NCBI GenBank assembly: GCA_018882895.1
Contig: VERF01000006.1
Span: 45 to 64,044 of the forward strand
Origin: Candidatus Kapaibacterium sp.
GTDB taxonomy: Bacteria > Bacteroidota > Ignavibacteria > Kapaibacteriales > Kapaibacteriaceae
Direction: 5' to 3'
DNA: 64,000 bases
Below the pieces are notes generated by a model. The model saw only the letters and a program-made list of their open reading frames with translations. It was not told the DNA's origin and ran no database searches. The translations under genes were made by a program, and so were the position numbers. Every line of letters begins with the position of its first letter. The stretch's first letter is position 1. This document shows positions 50,746 through 60,099 of the stretch, piece by piece.

Positions 50746-52090
50746 CATCGTGACCACTTTCCGGAACATGTTCCGGATCGACGAGCTTCGCGATCGCATC
50801 ATCTTTACGCTGATCGCGCTGCTTGCCGTGCGCGTTGGGTCGCTCATCGCGATCCCCGGCATCGACACGGCATCGCTCAAGGCCGCTGTTGAGGCGAATT
50901 CTGCCGACAGCGGCATTTTCCAGATATACAACCTCTTCGTAGGTGGTGCATTCGAGAATGCCGCCATCTTCGCGCTGGGTATCATGCCGTACATCTCGGC
51001 TAGCATCATCTTGCAGATCGGTGGAGTTGTGCTTCCACAGCTCCAAAAGATGCAGCGCGAAGGAGATGACGGACGCCGTAAGATCAATCAGCTGACGCGT
51101 GTTCTGACGATCCCGATTGCTGCTTTGCAGGCATGGGGCGTGACGATCAAGCTTGTCAATGACTACCCCGGCTCTATCCCAGATCCCGGTTTCTTTTGGA
51201 CGATCACCAGCGTATTCATCCTGACAGCCGGTACGGTTGGCCTGATGTGGATCGGTGAGCAGATCACAGATCGCGGTCTTGGCAATGGTATCTCTCTGAT
51301 CATCTTCATCGGCATTATCTCGCGTCTTCCTGTCGGACTGTATCAGCAGTTCGTCACGTCGGCCAGCAGTGGCGCCGGGATGATCGGTCGGGAACTCGTT
51401 GTGTCAGCGATATTCCTTGTGCTTTTGCTGGGCATCATTGCCGCGGTTGTTCTTATCACGCAAGGGGCTCGCCGGATTCCCGTCCAGTATGCTAAGCGCG
51501 TAGTTGGACGTAAGGTCTACGGCGGTACGACGCAGTACATTCCTCTTCGTGTGAATACGGCCGGCGTCATGCCGATCATCTTCGCACAGTCAATTCTGTT
51601 CATTCCTGGTACGATCGCGTCATTCTTTCCAGAGGCGGAATTCCTCCGCTCGGTTGAGATCGCGCTGCGTCCCGACGGATTCCTCTATTCGCTGATCTAC
51701 GGTCTGATGATCGTCTTCTTCACCTACTTCTACACGGCCATCGCATTCAACCCGAAGGAAGTGTCGGACAACATGAAGAAGAACGGTGGCTTCATCCCGG
51801 GCGTTCGTCCCGGAGAAGCAACCTCTGAATACATTGAAAACATTCTGACGCGAATCACGCTGCCCGGGGCGATTTTCCTTGCGATCATCGCCATTCTACC
51901 GACGTTCGCGATGAACGTCCTGACCGTGCAACCTGAACTCGCATCGTTCTTTGGCGGAACTAGTCTTCTCATTGTCGTTGGTGTGGCTCTCGACACGCTC
52001 CAACAGATCGAATCTTATCTCTTGATGCGTCATTACGACGGATTCATGAAGACAGGCAAGATCAGGGGGCGCGCAGGAGTTACGTCCTGA
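50738..52090 (+). CDS. secY: Preprotein translocase subunit SecY
   Basis: IFALGIMPYISASII, GEQITDRGLGNGISL, GVMPIIFA, FIPGVRPG. Confidence 0.99.
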   Translation: MANIVTTFRNMFRIDELRDRIIFTLIALLAVRVGSLIAIPGIDTASLKAAVEANSADSGIFQIYNLFVGGAFENAAIFALGIMPYISASIILQIGGVVLPQLQKMQREGDDGRRKINQLTRVLTIPIAALQAWGVTIKLVNDYPGSIPDPGFFWTITSVFILTAGTVGLMWIGEQITDRGLGNGISLIIFIGIISRLPVGLYQQFVTSASSGAGMIGRELVVSAIFLVLLLGIIAAVVLITQGARRIPVQYAKRVVGRKVYGGTTQYIPLRVNTAGVMPIIFAQSILFIPGTIASFFPEAEFLRSVEIALRPDGFLYSLIYGLMIVFFTYFYTAIAFNPKEVSDNMKKNGGFIPGVRPGEATSEYIENILTRITLPGAIFLAIIAILPTFAMNVLTVQPELASFFGGTSLLIVVGVALDTLQQIESYLLMRHYDGFMKTGKIRGRAGVTS

Positions 52091-52095
52091 CGTCG

Positions 52096-52890
52096 ATGGC
52101 CGCGGCGAACATTCGGCTCCCCGTCCATGACGTGGAGGCGATTCGGAAGATCGAGGCAGCATGTCGGGTCGTTGCTGATGTGCTCCAACACCTTCGCGAA
52201 TATGTAGTGCCGGGCGCTGTGACAGTTGAACTTGATGCCATCGCTGAGGATTTCATCCGAACGCGTGGTGCCGAGCCGGCTTTCAAAGGGTACGAGGTCG
52301 ACACGAAAGTCTATCCGTACACGCTTTGCGTAAGCATTGATGAGGAGGTCGTTCACGGTATGCCGAGCCAGCGGGTCCTGAAGCCAGGACAGATCGTTTC
52401 GGTAGACGTGGGCGTGAAGAAGGACGGTTACTTCGGTGATAGCGCCTACACGTTTGCGGTAGGGGAGATCTCAGAAGAGAAACAACGTCTGCTGGACGTC
52501 ACGCAGGAGTCACTCCGGCTTGGCATCGAACAGGCGACGGACGGACACCGGGTCTATGACATAGCCCGCGCCGTTCAAACGTGTGTTGAAAATCAAGGAT
52601 TCTCGGTGGTTAGGGAGCTCGTTGGCCATGGCATTGGTCAGCACCTGCATGAAGAGCCCCCTGTCCCCAACTTTGTTCCGGGCCTGCTTCATCGCAATCG
52701 TTATCCGAATGCGAAACTTCAGACCGGAATGGCTCTGGCGATCGAGCCGATGGTGAATTTGGGTCTCTTCCATGTTCACACGGCGCGAGATGGGTGGACG
52801 GTGTATGCGGCTGACGGAAAGCCGTCGGCACACTTCGAACACACGATCGTCATTGATGGGGCAACGCCGCGAATTCTTACTGAATGGTAA
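52096..52890 (+). CDS. map: Type I methionine aminopeptidase
   Basis: [14 protein letters not shown]...GYFGDSA, GHGIG..LHEEP, IEPM, SAHFEHT. Confidence 0.97.
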   Translation: MAAANIRLPVHDVEAIRKIEAACRVVADVLQHLREYVVPGAVTVELDAIAEDFIRTRGAEPAFKGYEVDTKVYPYTLCVSIDEEVVHGMPSQRVLKPGQIVSVDVGVKKDGYFGDSAYTFAVGEISEEKQRLLDVTQESLRLGIEQATDGHRVYDIARAVQTCVENQGFSVVRELVGHGIGQHLHEEPPVPNFVPGLLHRNRYPNAKLQTGMALAIEPMVNLGLFHVHTARDGWTVYAADGKPSAHFEHTIVIDGATPRILTEW

Positions 52891-52915
52891 ACAAACAAAG
52901 GCACTGGTTCACAAC

Positions 52916-53134
52916 ATGGGTCGCGAAGACGTCATACGCGTTGATGGTACGATCGAGGAAGCGCTCCCGAACACCCAGTTTATCGTAAAGCTGGACAACG
53001 GGCACAAGATCCTCGCACACGTATCGGGCAAGATGCGTATGCACTTCATCAAGATCTTCCGTGGCGACAAGGTCACGGTCGAAATGTCACCCTACGACCT
53101 GTCTAAGGGTCGGATTGTTTACCGGTACAAGTAA
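52916..53134 (+). CDS. infA: Translation initiation factor IF-1
   Basis: [15 protein letters not shown]...SGKMR...[10 protein letters not shown]. Confidence 0.98.
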   Translation: MGREDVIRVDGTIEEALPNTQFIVKLDNGHKILAHVSGKMRMHFIKIFRGDKVTVEMSPYDLSKGRIVYRYK

Positions 53135-53162
53135 CAGTCGAAGCTCACTCAAAGGTGAAGAA

Positions 53163-53279
53163 ATGAAAGTACAAGCATCAGTCAAGAAGCGCAGCCCGGA
53201 GGACAAGATCGTCCGCCGCAAGGGTCGGGTCTACGTCATCAACAAGAAAAACCCACGCTTCAAGCAACGCCAAGGCTAA
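53163..53279 (+). CDS. rpmJ: 50S ribosomal protein L36 (Cys-free form)
   Basis: [38 protein letters not shown]. Confidence 0.98.
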   Translation: MKVQASVKKRSPEDKIVRRKGRVYVINKKNPRFKQRQG

Positions 53280-53294
53280 TTCAGGAGACACAAC

Positions 53295-53672
53295 GTGGCT
53301 CGTATCGCAGGGATCGACCTACCAAAAAACAAGCGCGGAATCATCGCGCTAACATACATCTACGGCATCGGCCGCTCTGTCAGTACGCAAGTGCTGGACA
53401 AGGCAGGCATCGATCACAGCAAGCGTGTGTCGACGTGGACCGATGATGAAGTTGCACGTATCCGTCAGGCTATCGCCGACTACAAGGTCGAAGGGCAGCT
53501 TCGTTCGGAAGTTCAACTGAACATCAAGCGCCTGATGGACGTAGGATGCTACCGTGGCCTTCGTCACCGCCGTGGTCTTCCGGCTCGCGGACAACGGACG
53601 CGTACCAACGCCCGTACACGTAAGGGCAAGCGCAAGACGGTGGCCGGCAAGAAGAAGGCAGTGAAGAAGTAA
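53295..53672 (+). CDS. rpsM: 30S ribosomal protein S13
   Basis: ARIAGIDLP...[25 protein letters not shown]. Confidence 0.99.
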   Translation: MARIAGIDLPKNKRGIIALTYIYGIGRSVSTQVLDKAGIDHSKRVSTWTDDEVARIRQAIADYKVEGQLRSEVQLNIKRLMDVGCYRGLRHRRGLPARGQRTRTNARTRKGKRKTVAGKKKAVKK

Positions 53673-53690
53673 TACAGGGAACGAATCAGA

Positions 53691-54077
53691 ATGGCAGCAG
53701 CAAAAAAGCGCGTCAAGCGCAAGATCGTATCGGACGTCCACGGCAAAGTGTTCGTTCGCGCAACGTTCAACAACGTCATCGTCACGGTCACGGATACGTA
53801 CGGCAATACCCTCTCGTGGTCATCTGCCGGAAAGAACGGTTTCCGTGGTTCAAAGAAGAACACTCCGTATGCATCACAGGTGTCGGCTGACAAGGCCGCT
53901 CGTGAAGCGTATGAAATGGGGCTTCGCAAGGTTGACGTCGTCGTGAAGGGTCCTGGTTCGGGTCGCGAAGCTGCCATCCGTGCCTTGACGCAGGCTGGTT
54001 TCGAGGTGCTCTCGATTCTTGATGAGACGCCGCTACCGCACAACGGTTGCCGCCCTCCGAAGAAGCGCCGCGTCTGA
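53691..54077 (+). CDS. rpsK: 30S ribosomal protein S11
   Basis: TFNN.IV...GPGSGRE...[13 protein letters not shown]. Confidence 0.99.
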   Translation: MAAAKKRVKRKIVSDVHGKVFVRATFNNVIVTVTDTYGNTLSWSSAGKNGFRGSKKNTPYASQVSADKAAREAYEMGLRKVDVVVKGPGSGREAAIRALTQAGFEVLSILDETPLPHNGCRPPKKRRV

Positions 54078-54127
54078 TCGGCCCCCTTACCGTTTATTTA
54101 CCGTGTGACACTGATCAAAGGAACGTC

Positions 54128-55144
54128 ATGAACATGCAGATGCAGATGCCGGAAGGCGTCGTCGTCGAAGAATTGGAAAGCGCTTACCACGCGCGTTTCA
54201 TCCTGAACCCCCTGGAGGAAGGATATGGAACGACGATCGGCAATGCTTTCCGTCGCGTCTTGTTGTCCTCGATCCAAGGATCGTCGATCGTTGGCGTGAA
54301 GATCTCCGATGTACAGCATGAGTTTCAGACCATCCCGGGCGTGGTCGAAGATATGTGCGAGATCATCCTCAACCTCAAGGAAGTTCGTTTCCGCGTTGTC
54401 GACCCTAAGGCGCCAAACCGTGTGAATTTCCGCGTCAAGGGTGTGGCCAACTGGACGGCACAGATGATCCAGGATGCATCTGGCGGCGCAATTGAAGTAC
54501 TGGACCCAGCAAAGAAGATTGCTACGCTGGCAAACGATGCAGATTTCGACGTTGAGATTCGCATTGGACGCGGCAAGGGATATGTTCCGGCAGAAGAGCA
54601 GAACGTAACTGACTTCCCAGTTGGAATGCTGCCGATCGATGCCATATACACGCCGGTCAAGAATGTTGTTTTCAACGTTGAGCCGTTCCGTGTTGGTCAG
54701 AAGACGGACTATGAGCGTCTGGTCCTTGATGTTTCCACAGATGGATCAATCACGGCAAAGGAAGCGGTCGAACTATCGGCTGGAATCCTCCGCTCGCACA
54801 TCGCTCTGCTACTTGGCGTGAACCCGTTGGCTACCGGAAGCGTGGATTCAACAGAGTCGCCTGTGGCGGATACCGAAGCTGATCGCGAACGCACACGCAT
54901 TCGCCGGATCCTGCTCCAACCGGTTGATGAGCTCGAGCTAAGCGTTCGTGCCCACAACTGCCTGAAGGCTGCAAACATCAAGTCGCTGGCCGACCTCGTT
55001 GGCCTGCAAGAGACGGACCTTCTGAAGTTCCGCAACTTCGGTCGCAAGTCCCTCTCGGAATTGGCAGAAGTCGTCGTGCAGAATGGCCTCCACTTCGGTA
55101 TGAACGTGGACGAGTACCTGCGTGACGATGTTTCAAAATCGTGA
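54128..55144 (+). CDS. rpoA: RNA polymerase subunit alpha
   Basis: PLEEGYGTTIGNAFRRVLLSS...LELSVRAHNCLK...NFGRKSL. Confidence 0.99.
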   Translation: MNMQMQMPEGVVVEELESAYHARFILNPLEEGYGTTIGNAFRRVLLSSIQGSSIVGVKISDVQHEFQTIPGVVEDMCEIILNLKEVRFRVVDPKAPNRVNFRVKGVANWTAQMIQDASGGAIEVLDPAKKIATLANDADFDVEIRIGRGKGYVPAEEQNVTDFPVGMLPIDAIYTPVKNVVFNVEPFRVGQKTDYERLVLDVSTDGSITAKEAVELSAGILRSHIALLLGVNPLATGSVDSTESPVADTEADRERTRIRRILLQPVDELELSVRAHNCLKAANIKSLADLVGLQETDLLKFRNFGRKSLSELAEVVVQNGLHFGMNVDEYLRDDVSKS

Positions 55145-55170
55145 ATTTGACTGGTAAGGAGTAGAAGAAC

Positions 55171-55878
55171 ATGCGACACGGGTATTCAGGCCGGAAACTG
55201 AAGCGTACGGCAAGCCACAAGCGAGCGCTGATGGCCAACATGGCAACGTCACTCTTCGAGCACAAGCGGCTCGTAACGACGCTGGCCAAGGCTAAGGAGC
55301 TTCGCCCATTTGCCGAACAGCTCATCACCCGCGCCCGGAACGCTCATCGTTCAGAGAAGGCCGGCACGATCACCGGAATCGACGTACACAGTCGTCGTAT
55401 GGTGGGCCGCTTCATCAAGAACAAGGGCGTTCTCCAGGAGCTTTTCGACACGATCGCGCCACTCGTGGCCGAGCGCGATGGCGGTTATACGCGCATCACC
55501 AAGCTCGGTCTGCGCCGTGGTGACGCTTCGGAAACTGCAATGATCGAGCTTGTTGATTGGTCGAACCCACAAGATGGTCGTTCGTCCTCAACGCGCCGCC
55601 GTCCTGCAGCAAAGGGTCCAGCCAAGCCTAAGCCGTCTTTCACACCGAAGGCCGCCCCAGTGGTAGCTGCTCCGGTCGCTGAAGCAGTGGCAAGCCCCGT
55701 CGAAGATGTCGTCGAAGAGACGCCGGTAGCAGAAACGCCGGTAGCAGATGCTCCGGTCGAAGCAGCGCCAGCAGCCGAGACGGCACCTGAGGTCGACGCG
55801 CCTGCAGCAGATGCCGGTGATGCCTCCGACTCTTCGGCAGATGCCGGCGCCGATGGTGGCAGCACCTCGGCAGACTGA
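55171..55878 (+). CDS. rplQ: 50S ribosomal protein L17 with long Ala/Pro/acidic C-terminal extension
   Basis: MRH...RKLKRTASHKRAL...GGYTRITK...RRGD...IELV. Confidence 0.98.
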   Translation: MRHGYSGRKLKRTASHKRALMANMATSLFEHKRLVTTLAKAKELRPFAEQLITRARNAHRSEKAGTITGIDVHSRRMVGRFIKNKGVLQELFDTIAPLVAERDGGYTRITKLGLRRGDASETAMIELVDWSNPQDGRSSSTRRRPAAKGPAKPKPSFTPKAAPVVAAPVAEAVASPVEDVVEETPVAETPVADAPVEAAPAAETAPEVDAPAADAGDASDSSADAGADGGSTSAD

Positions 55879-55898
55879 TAACAGAACAACTGACGTTT

Positions 55899-55938
55899 GA
55901 AACGCCGGAGGCATCAGCATCCGGCGTTTCTCTTTTTT
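55899..55938 (+). terminator. Intrinsic terminator ending the ribosomal protein cluster
   Basis: GAAACGCCGGA / TCCGGCGTTTC 11-bp stem then TCTTTTTT. Confidence 0.88.
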
Positions 55939-55954
55939 CATACAACCGCTCTAC

Positions 55955-56572
55955 ATGGCACACGACCTCCAGATAAATGCCGAGTTCGTGAAAGGGGCTA
56001 CCTCTTCGGAGCATTTCCCCGTGACCTCGTTGTGCGAGGTTGCCATGGTCGGCCGCTCAAATGTTGGTAAATCGTCGCTCATCAATGCGATCGTGCGACA
56101 TGGTCGGATGGCTCGGGTGTCGAACACGCCGGGTAAGACCCAAGAGATAAACTTCTTTGTGACCGATGCCGGCTTCATGCTGGTCGATCTTCCGGGCTAT
56201 GGCTATGCCCGTGTGAGCAAGACGCAACGAGAACAGTTCTCGCGGCTTATCCGTGATTATGTGACGCGACGTGAGAACCTCGCGCTGACGTGTGTGCTTG
56301 TTGATGCCAGACATGATCCGCAGCCGCTTGATCTGGCAATGCTCGAAGAACTGGAGCTTGCAAAACGCGCCTACGTTGTTGTTCTGACAAAGTGCGATAA
56401 GCTCAAGCCCGGGGCCGTAGCAGCCCGACAGGAGCAGCTCCGGCAGGTGCTGTCACAATGTCGATACCTGGTGGACGTGATACCTACCTCCAGTCAGACC
56501 GCTCTGGGCCGTCATGAACTGATCGGCTGCATGAAACGAATAGTGAATGAACATGTGAAGGGATCGTCATGA
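55955..56572 (+). CDS. yihA: Ribosome biogenesis GTPase YihA/YsxC (EngB)
   Basis: [30 protein letters not shown]. Confidence 0.96.
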   Translation: MAHDLQINAEFVKGATSSEHFPVTSLCEVAMVGRSNVGKSSLINAIVRHGRMARVSNTPGKTQEINFFVTDAGFMLVDLPGYGYARVSKTQREQFSRLIRDYVTRRENLALTCVLVDARHDPQPLDLAMLEELELAKRAYVVVLTKCDKLKPGAVAARQEQLRQVLSQCRYLVDVIPTSSQTALGRHELIGCMKRIVNEHVKGSS

Positions 56573-57072
56573 GCACCCAACCCTTGGTCGGAATCATAAT
56601 GGGTAGTGACACTGACTACCCAACGATGCGCGAAGCCGCTCAGGTCTGCGAAGAGTTCGGCATTGCAGCAGAAGTCCGCGTCGTAAGCGCTCACCGAACG
56701 CCTGCAGACATGGCCGAGTACGCATCCACCGCACACGAGCGTGGACTGAAGGTCCTGATCGCCGGAGCCGGAGGAGCTGCTCATCTGCCGGGTATGGTCG
56801 CATCCTACTCGCCCCTTCCCGTGATCGGTGTGCCGATAGCTACCAAGCAGCTCCGAGGTCTTGATTCGCTGCTCAGCATTGTCCAAATGCCGGCAGGTGT
56901 GCCCGTGGCCACGGTAGCGATCGGTGGTGGCCGCAATGCCGGCATACTTGCCATGGAGATCCTCTCAGTGGCCATGCCTGAGCTTCAGCAGAGATTGATC
57001 GAGTTCAAGGGGGCGATGGCCGAGGCCTCGCGCGCGAAGAACACCTCGCTGGGTGCTTCGGTGATCATTTGA
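56569..57072 (+). CDS. purE: N5-CAIR mutase
   Basis: [40 protein letters not shown]. Confidence 0.98.
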   Translation: MSTQPLVGIIMGSDTDYPTMREAAQVCEEFGIAAEVRVVSAHRTPADMAEYASTAHERGLKVLIAGAGGAAHLPGMVASYSPLPVIGVPIATKQLRGLDSLLSIVQMPAGVPVATVAIGGGRNAGILAMEILSVAMPELQQRLIEFKGAMAEASRAKNTSLGASVII

Positions 57073-57089
57073 TGACGAAGCATTTACTG

Positions 57090-57120
57090 TTGAATAATCG
57101 GCCGCACGTGCCGATGTTTG
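57090..57120 (+). promoter_or_regulatory. Candidate promoter of the arg operon leader
   Basis: TTG (57090-57092) - 20 nt - GATGTTTG (one mismatch to TAnnTTTG). Confidence 0.4.
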
Positions 57121-57150
57121 CTCCCCCTCGATCAGAACAAACTTTCTGAG

Positions 57151-57237
57151 ATGAAACTGCGACGCATCCGATATGACCGACGACGACTGCCGCTGCGAGA
57201 ATTCCGGCAGGTCGCACGCGTGTGCATTCGGATCTGA
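57151..57237 (+). CDS. Putative arginine-rich leader peptide (28 aa) of the arg operon
   Basis: Translates as MKLRRIRYDRRRLPLREFRQVARVCIRI*; 10 Arg codons (6 CGA, 2 CGG, 2 CGC) including CGA-CGA-CGA; below the ORF-track size cut-off. Confidence 0.7.
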   Translation: MKLRRIRYDRRRLPLREFRQVARVCIRI

Positions 57238-57359
57238 CCCCTCTCGCAGCCAAACTATCTCGAGGTGCCGCCATCATCCGTTGAGCTACTCCGGATGACG
57301 TCGCCAATCGCCCCCTGTCAGGGCGAACATGTTTCAGAACTATCATCACTACAACGTCC

Positions 57360-57941
57360 ATGAACGATCCGCTCGTTGACGTTGGCGTGGAAGTGTTCCA
57401 TGCCAATGAGTCACACACCCTGTACGCAGAAGAGATCTGCGAGACGATATTCGTTGCCGCACAGCAACGGGGAACCGGCATTGCCCGGCGCACACCGGAA
57501 TACATCATCGGGAAGATGATGGAAGGCAAGGCCATCATTGCGCTGACGCAGGATGGACGCCTCGCCGGATTCTGCTACGTTGAGACATGGGAACACGGCA
57601 GGTATGTGGCCAACTCGGGACTGATCGTCAAGCCCGAGTTTCGGAAACAAAACCTGGCGCGTCGAATCAAGAAGGCCGCCTTCGACCTGTCGAGAGAGCG
57701 CTACCCGAGCGCGAAACTCTTCGGCATCACAACAAGCGCCGCCGTGATGAAGATCAATTCGGAACTCGGATATCGCCCCGTGCATTTCTCTGAGCTCACC
57801 AGCGACGAGGCCTTCTGGAGCGGATGCCAGTCGTGTCCGAACTACGACATACTTCAGCGAACAAATCGTGCCATGTGTCTTTGCACGGGTATGCTTGCCG
57901 ACTCCGCATCGCAGACCAATTCATCGTCGGAGGATGCATGA
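57360..57941 (+). CDS. GNAT-family acyltransferase, Bacteroidota-type N-acylglutamate synthase (ArgA function)
   Basis: RGTGIARRTPEYI..KM.EGKA, GFCYVETW.H...VANSGLIV, FGITTS.AVMKINS.LGY.PV, FW.GC.SC.NY; first gene of the arg operon. Confidence 0.8.
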   Translation: MNDPLVDVGVEVFHANESHTLYAEEICETIFVAAQQRGTGIARRTPEYIIGKMMEGKAIIALTQDGRLAGFCYVETWEHGRYVANSGLIVKPEFRKQNLARRIKKAAFDLSRERYPSAKLFGITTSAAVMKINSELGYRPVHFSELTSDEAFWSGCQSCPNYDILQRTNRAMCLCTGMLADSASQTNSSSEDA

Positions 57942-59140
57942 ACAAGGTGCTGCTTGCCTTCAGTGGCGGACTAGATACGTCATACTGTGCCCGCTATCTG
58001 GCCGTTGATCAAGCCATGGAGGTCCACTCGGTGGTCGTCGACACCGGCGGCTTCACCACCGATGAACTGGCGCACATCGCTGAACGCGCACGCGCCTGCG
58101 GTGTGGCATCACATTCGACACTCGATAGAACGCAAGTACTCTTCGACACAGTGCTGCGCCATTGCATCGCAGGGAACATTCTAAAGAATGCTAGCTATCC
58201 GCTGAGCGTCAGCGCCGAACGCGTCGTGCAGGCCATCGCCATCGCCGAACATGCACGCTCAATCGGTGCAACTCATCTTGCCCATGGCTCTACCGGAGCC
58301 GGCAACGATCAGATCCGGTTCGATACGATCTTCCGGATCATGACGCCACAGCTGCCCGTGCTGACGCCGATACGCGACAATCGACTATCTCGGCAGGACG
58401 AGATCGAGTACTTGCTCAAACACGGCGTGGAGGGTGACTGGACAAAGGCGAAGTATTCGATCAATCAGGGGATCTGGGGAACAACCATCGGTGGACGCGA
58501 AACGCTGACGTCGCATGAGCCCCTTCCCGAAGCAGCATGGCCATCGAACATTCATGCAAAGCACCCTGCCGATGCCTCGCAGGTTGTGCAACTGCATTTT
58601 GATAAGGGGCTTCCCACACGCCTCGATGGGGAGGCACTCGACCCCGTAGCGCTGCTGCGTCGGCTGAACGACATCGGCTCGCAGTGGCACATTGGCCGTG
58701 ATATGCACGTGGGTGATACGATCCTTGGCATCAAGGGGCGCGTGGCCTTTGAAGCGCCGGCAGCATTGATGACCATCAAGGCGCATCACGCTCTTGAGAA
58801 GCACACGCTTACCAAGTGGCAACTGAATCTTAAGGACCAGCTCTCGCTCTGGTATGGGCAGCTTCTGCACGAGGGACAATTCCTCGAACCCGCCATGCGA
58901 AGCATCGAAGCTTTCTTCGATCAAACGCAGCAACACGTCAACGGTGAGGTGACGCTTCGCCTGCGCGAAGGGGGCTTCTTCGTCGAGGGCATCACTTCGG
59001 CGCATGACCTTATGAGGTCGTCCTTTGCCACCTACGGCGAGGAGAACCTGGCCTGGAGTGGCGACGACGTCAAGGGCTTCGCAACCATCGGCGCGATCGC
59101 CACCTCGATCTGGTCGAGCGTCAACGGAGACCCAACATGA
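57938..59140 (+). CDS. argG: Argininosuccinate synthase
   Basis: KVLLAFSGGLDTS, AHGSTGAGNDQIRF, GIKGRVAFEAP. Confidence 0.97.
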   Translation: MNKVLLAFSGGLDTSYCARYLAVDQAMEVHSVVVDTGGFTTDELAHIAERARACGVASHSTLDRTQVLFDTVLRHCIAGNILKNASYPLSVSAERVVQAIAIAEHARSIGATHLAHGSTGAGNDQIRFDTIFRIMTPQLPVLTPIRDNRLSRQDEIEYLLKHGVEGDWTKAKYSINQGIWGTTIGGRETLTSHEPLPEAAWPSNIHAKHPADASQVVQLHFDKGLPTRLDGEALDPVALLRRLNDIGSQWHIGRDMHVGDTILGIKGRVAFEAPAALMTIKAHHALEKHTLTKWQLNLKDQLSLWYGQLLHEGQFLEPAMRSIEAFFDQTQQHVNGEVTLRLREGGFFVEGITSAHDLMRSSFATYGEENLAWSGDDVKGFATIGAIATSIWSSVNGDPT

Positions 59141-60087
59141 TCCGCGCCGCCGTCATTGGCGCCGCCGGCTACACGGGCGGCGAGCTCATACGTCTGCTGC
59201 TGCGGCATCCAAACGTCGGACAAGCAGGCCTGACGGCCGTTAGCACCTCGTCGGCCGGACGACGCATCGGAGAAGTTCATCCGGATCTGAGCGGCAGCAC
59301 TGACCTGCGCTGCACGGATCATCATGGTGAGCCTGACGTTGTCTTTCTTTGCCTCGGCCACGGTCAGAGCTCACGATGGCTTGCCGAAAACACACTTGCG
59401 GCACACGTGCGCGTTGTCGACCTCAGCACGGACCATCGTGATCTGACAGCTAATCCGGGGTGGACCTATGGTCTGCCCGAGAAGTACCGTCAGGCGATAC
59501 GTGGCTCATCGCGTGTTGCCAATCCCGGTTGCTTTGCCACAGCCATTGAACTGGCCCTTCTGCCGCTGGCCGAAACCGGTCTTTTAACCGGTGACGTTGT
59601 GGTGCACGCCATCACAGGATCGACAGGTGCGGGCGCGCAACCGTCGGAGACAACCCACTATGCGTGGCGTGAATCCAACGTCAGTACCTACAAGACGTTT
59701 GCCCACCAGCATGAGGCCGAGATCCGCCAGGTGCTGGGGGATGTGCGACTGCACTTCGTGCCGCTGCGTGGACCCTTCACACGGGGCATTCATGCCACAT
59801 CGGTCATCCCCGGGATGCACGATCTGCAACAGGCCATATCCGCCATCACCACGCGCTATGCCGAGGAGCCCTACGTGCACGTGGTATCGAACGAACCGGC
59901 AATGAAGGCCGTCGTCAACACCAACAACTGCCACATCGGCCTCACGGGTTCGAATGGTACGCTCTGCATCGTCAGCTGCATCGACAACCTCCTGAAAGGG
60001 GCTAGTGGTCAGGCCGTGCAGAATATGAATCTGATGTTCGGTTTTGATGAGACGGCCGGACTCAACCTCAAAGCATCGGTGTATTAG
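59137..60087 (+). CDS. argC: N-acyl-gamma-glutamyl-phosphate reductase
   Basis: GAAGYTGGELIRLL..HP, ANPGCFAT, DNLLKGASGQAVQNMN. Confidence 0.97.
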   Translation: MIRAAVIGAAGYTGGELIRLLLRHPNVGQAGLTAVSTSSAGRRIGEVHPDLSGSTDLRCTDHHGEPDVVFLCLGHGQSSRWLAENTLAAHVRVVDLSTDHRDLTANPGWTYGLPEKYRQAIRGSSRVANPGCFATAIELALLPLAETGLLTGDVVVHAITGSTGAGAQPSETTHYAWRESNVSTYKTFAHQHEAEIRQVLGDVRLHFVPLRGPFTRGIHATSVIPGMHDLQQAISAITTRYAEEPYVHVVSNEPAMKAVVNTNNCHIGLTGSNGTLCIVSCIDNLLKGASGQAVQNMNLMFGFDETAGLNLKASVY

Positions 60088-60099
60088 GAGCCCCCTTCC

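Noticed and set aside
52090-52096. Absence of adk between secY and map
   Set aside because: secY-map-infA without adk is the usual arrangement in Bacteroidota.
57089-57106. ArgR ARG box (TGAATAAT...)
   Set aside because: Only a half-site matches, with no ATTCA right arm or tandem partner; the sequence overlaps the candidate -33 element.
57308-57340. Classical intrinsic terminator in the arg leader
   Set aside because: The 6-bp stem is followed by ACATGTTTC, not a U-tract, so it is kept only as part of the attenuator hypothesis.
57065-57538. Minus-strand 157-aa ORF covering the arg leader
   Set aside because: Overlaps the GNAT gene in antisense and has no recognisable motif.
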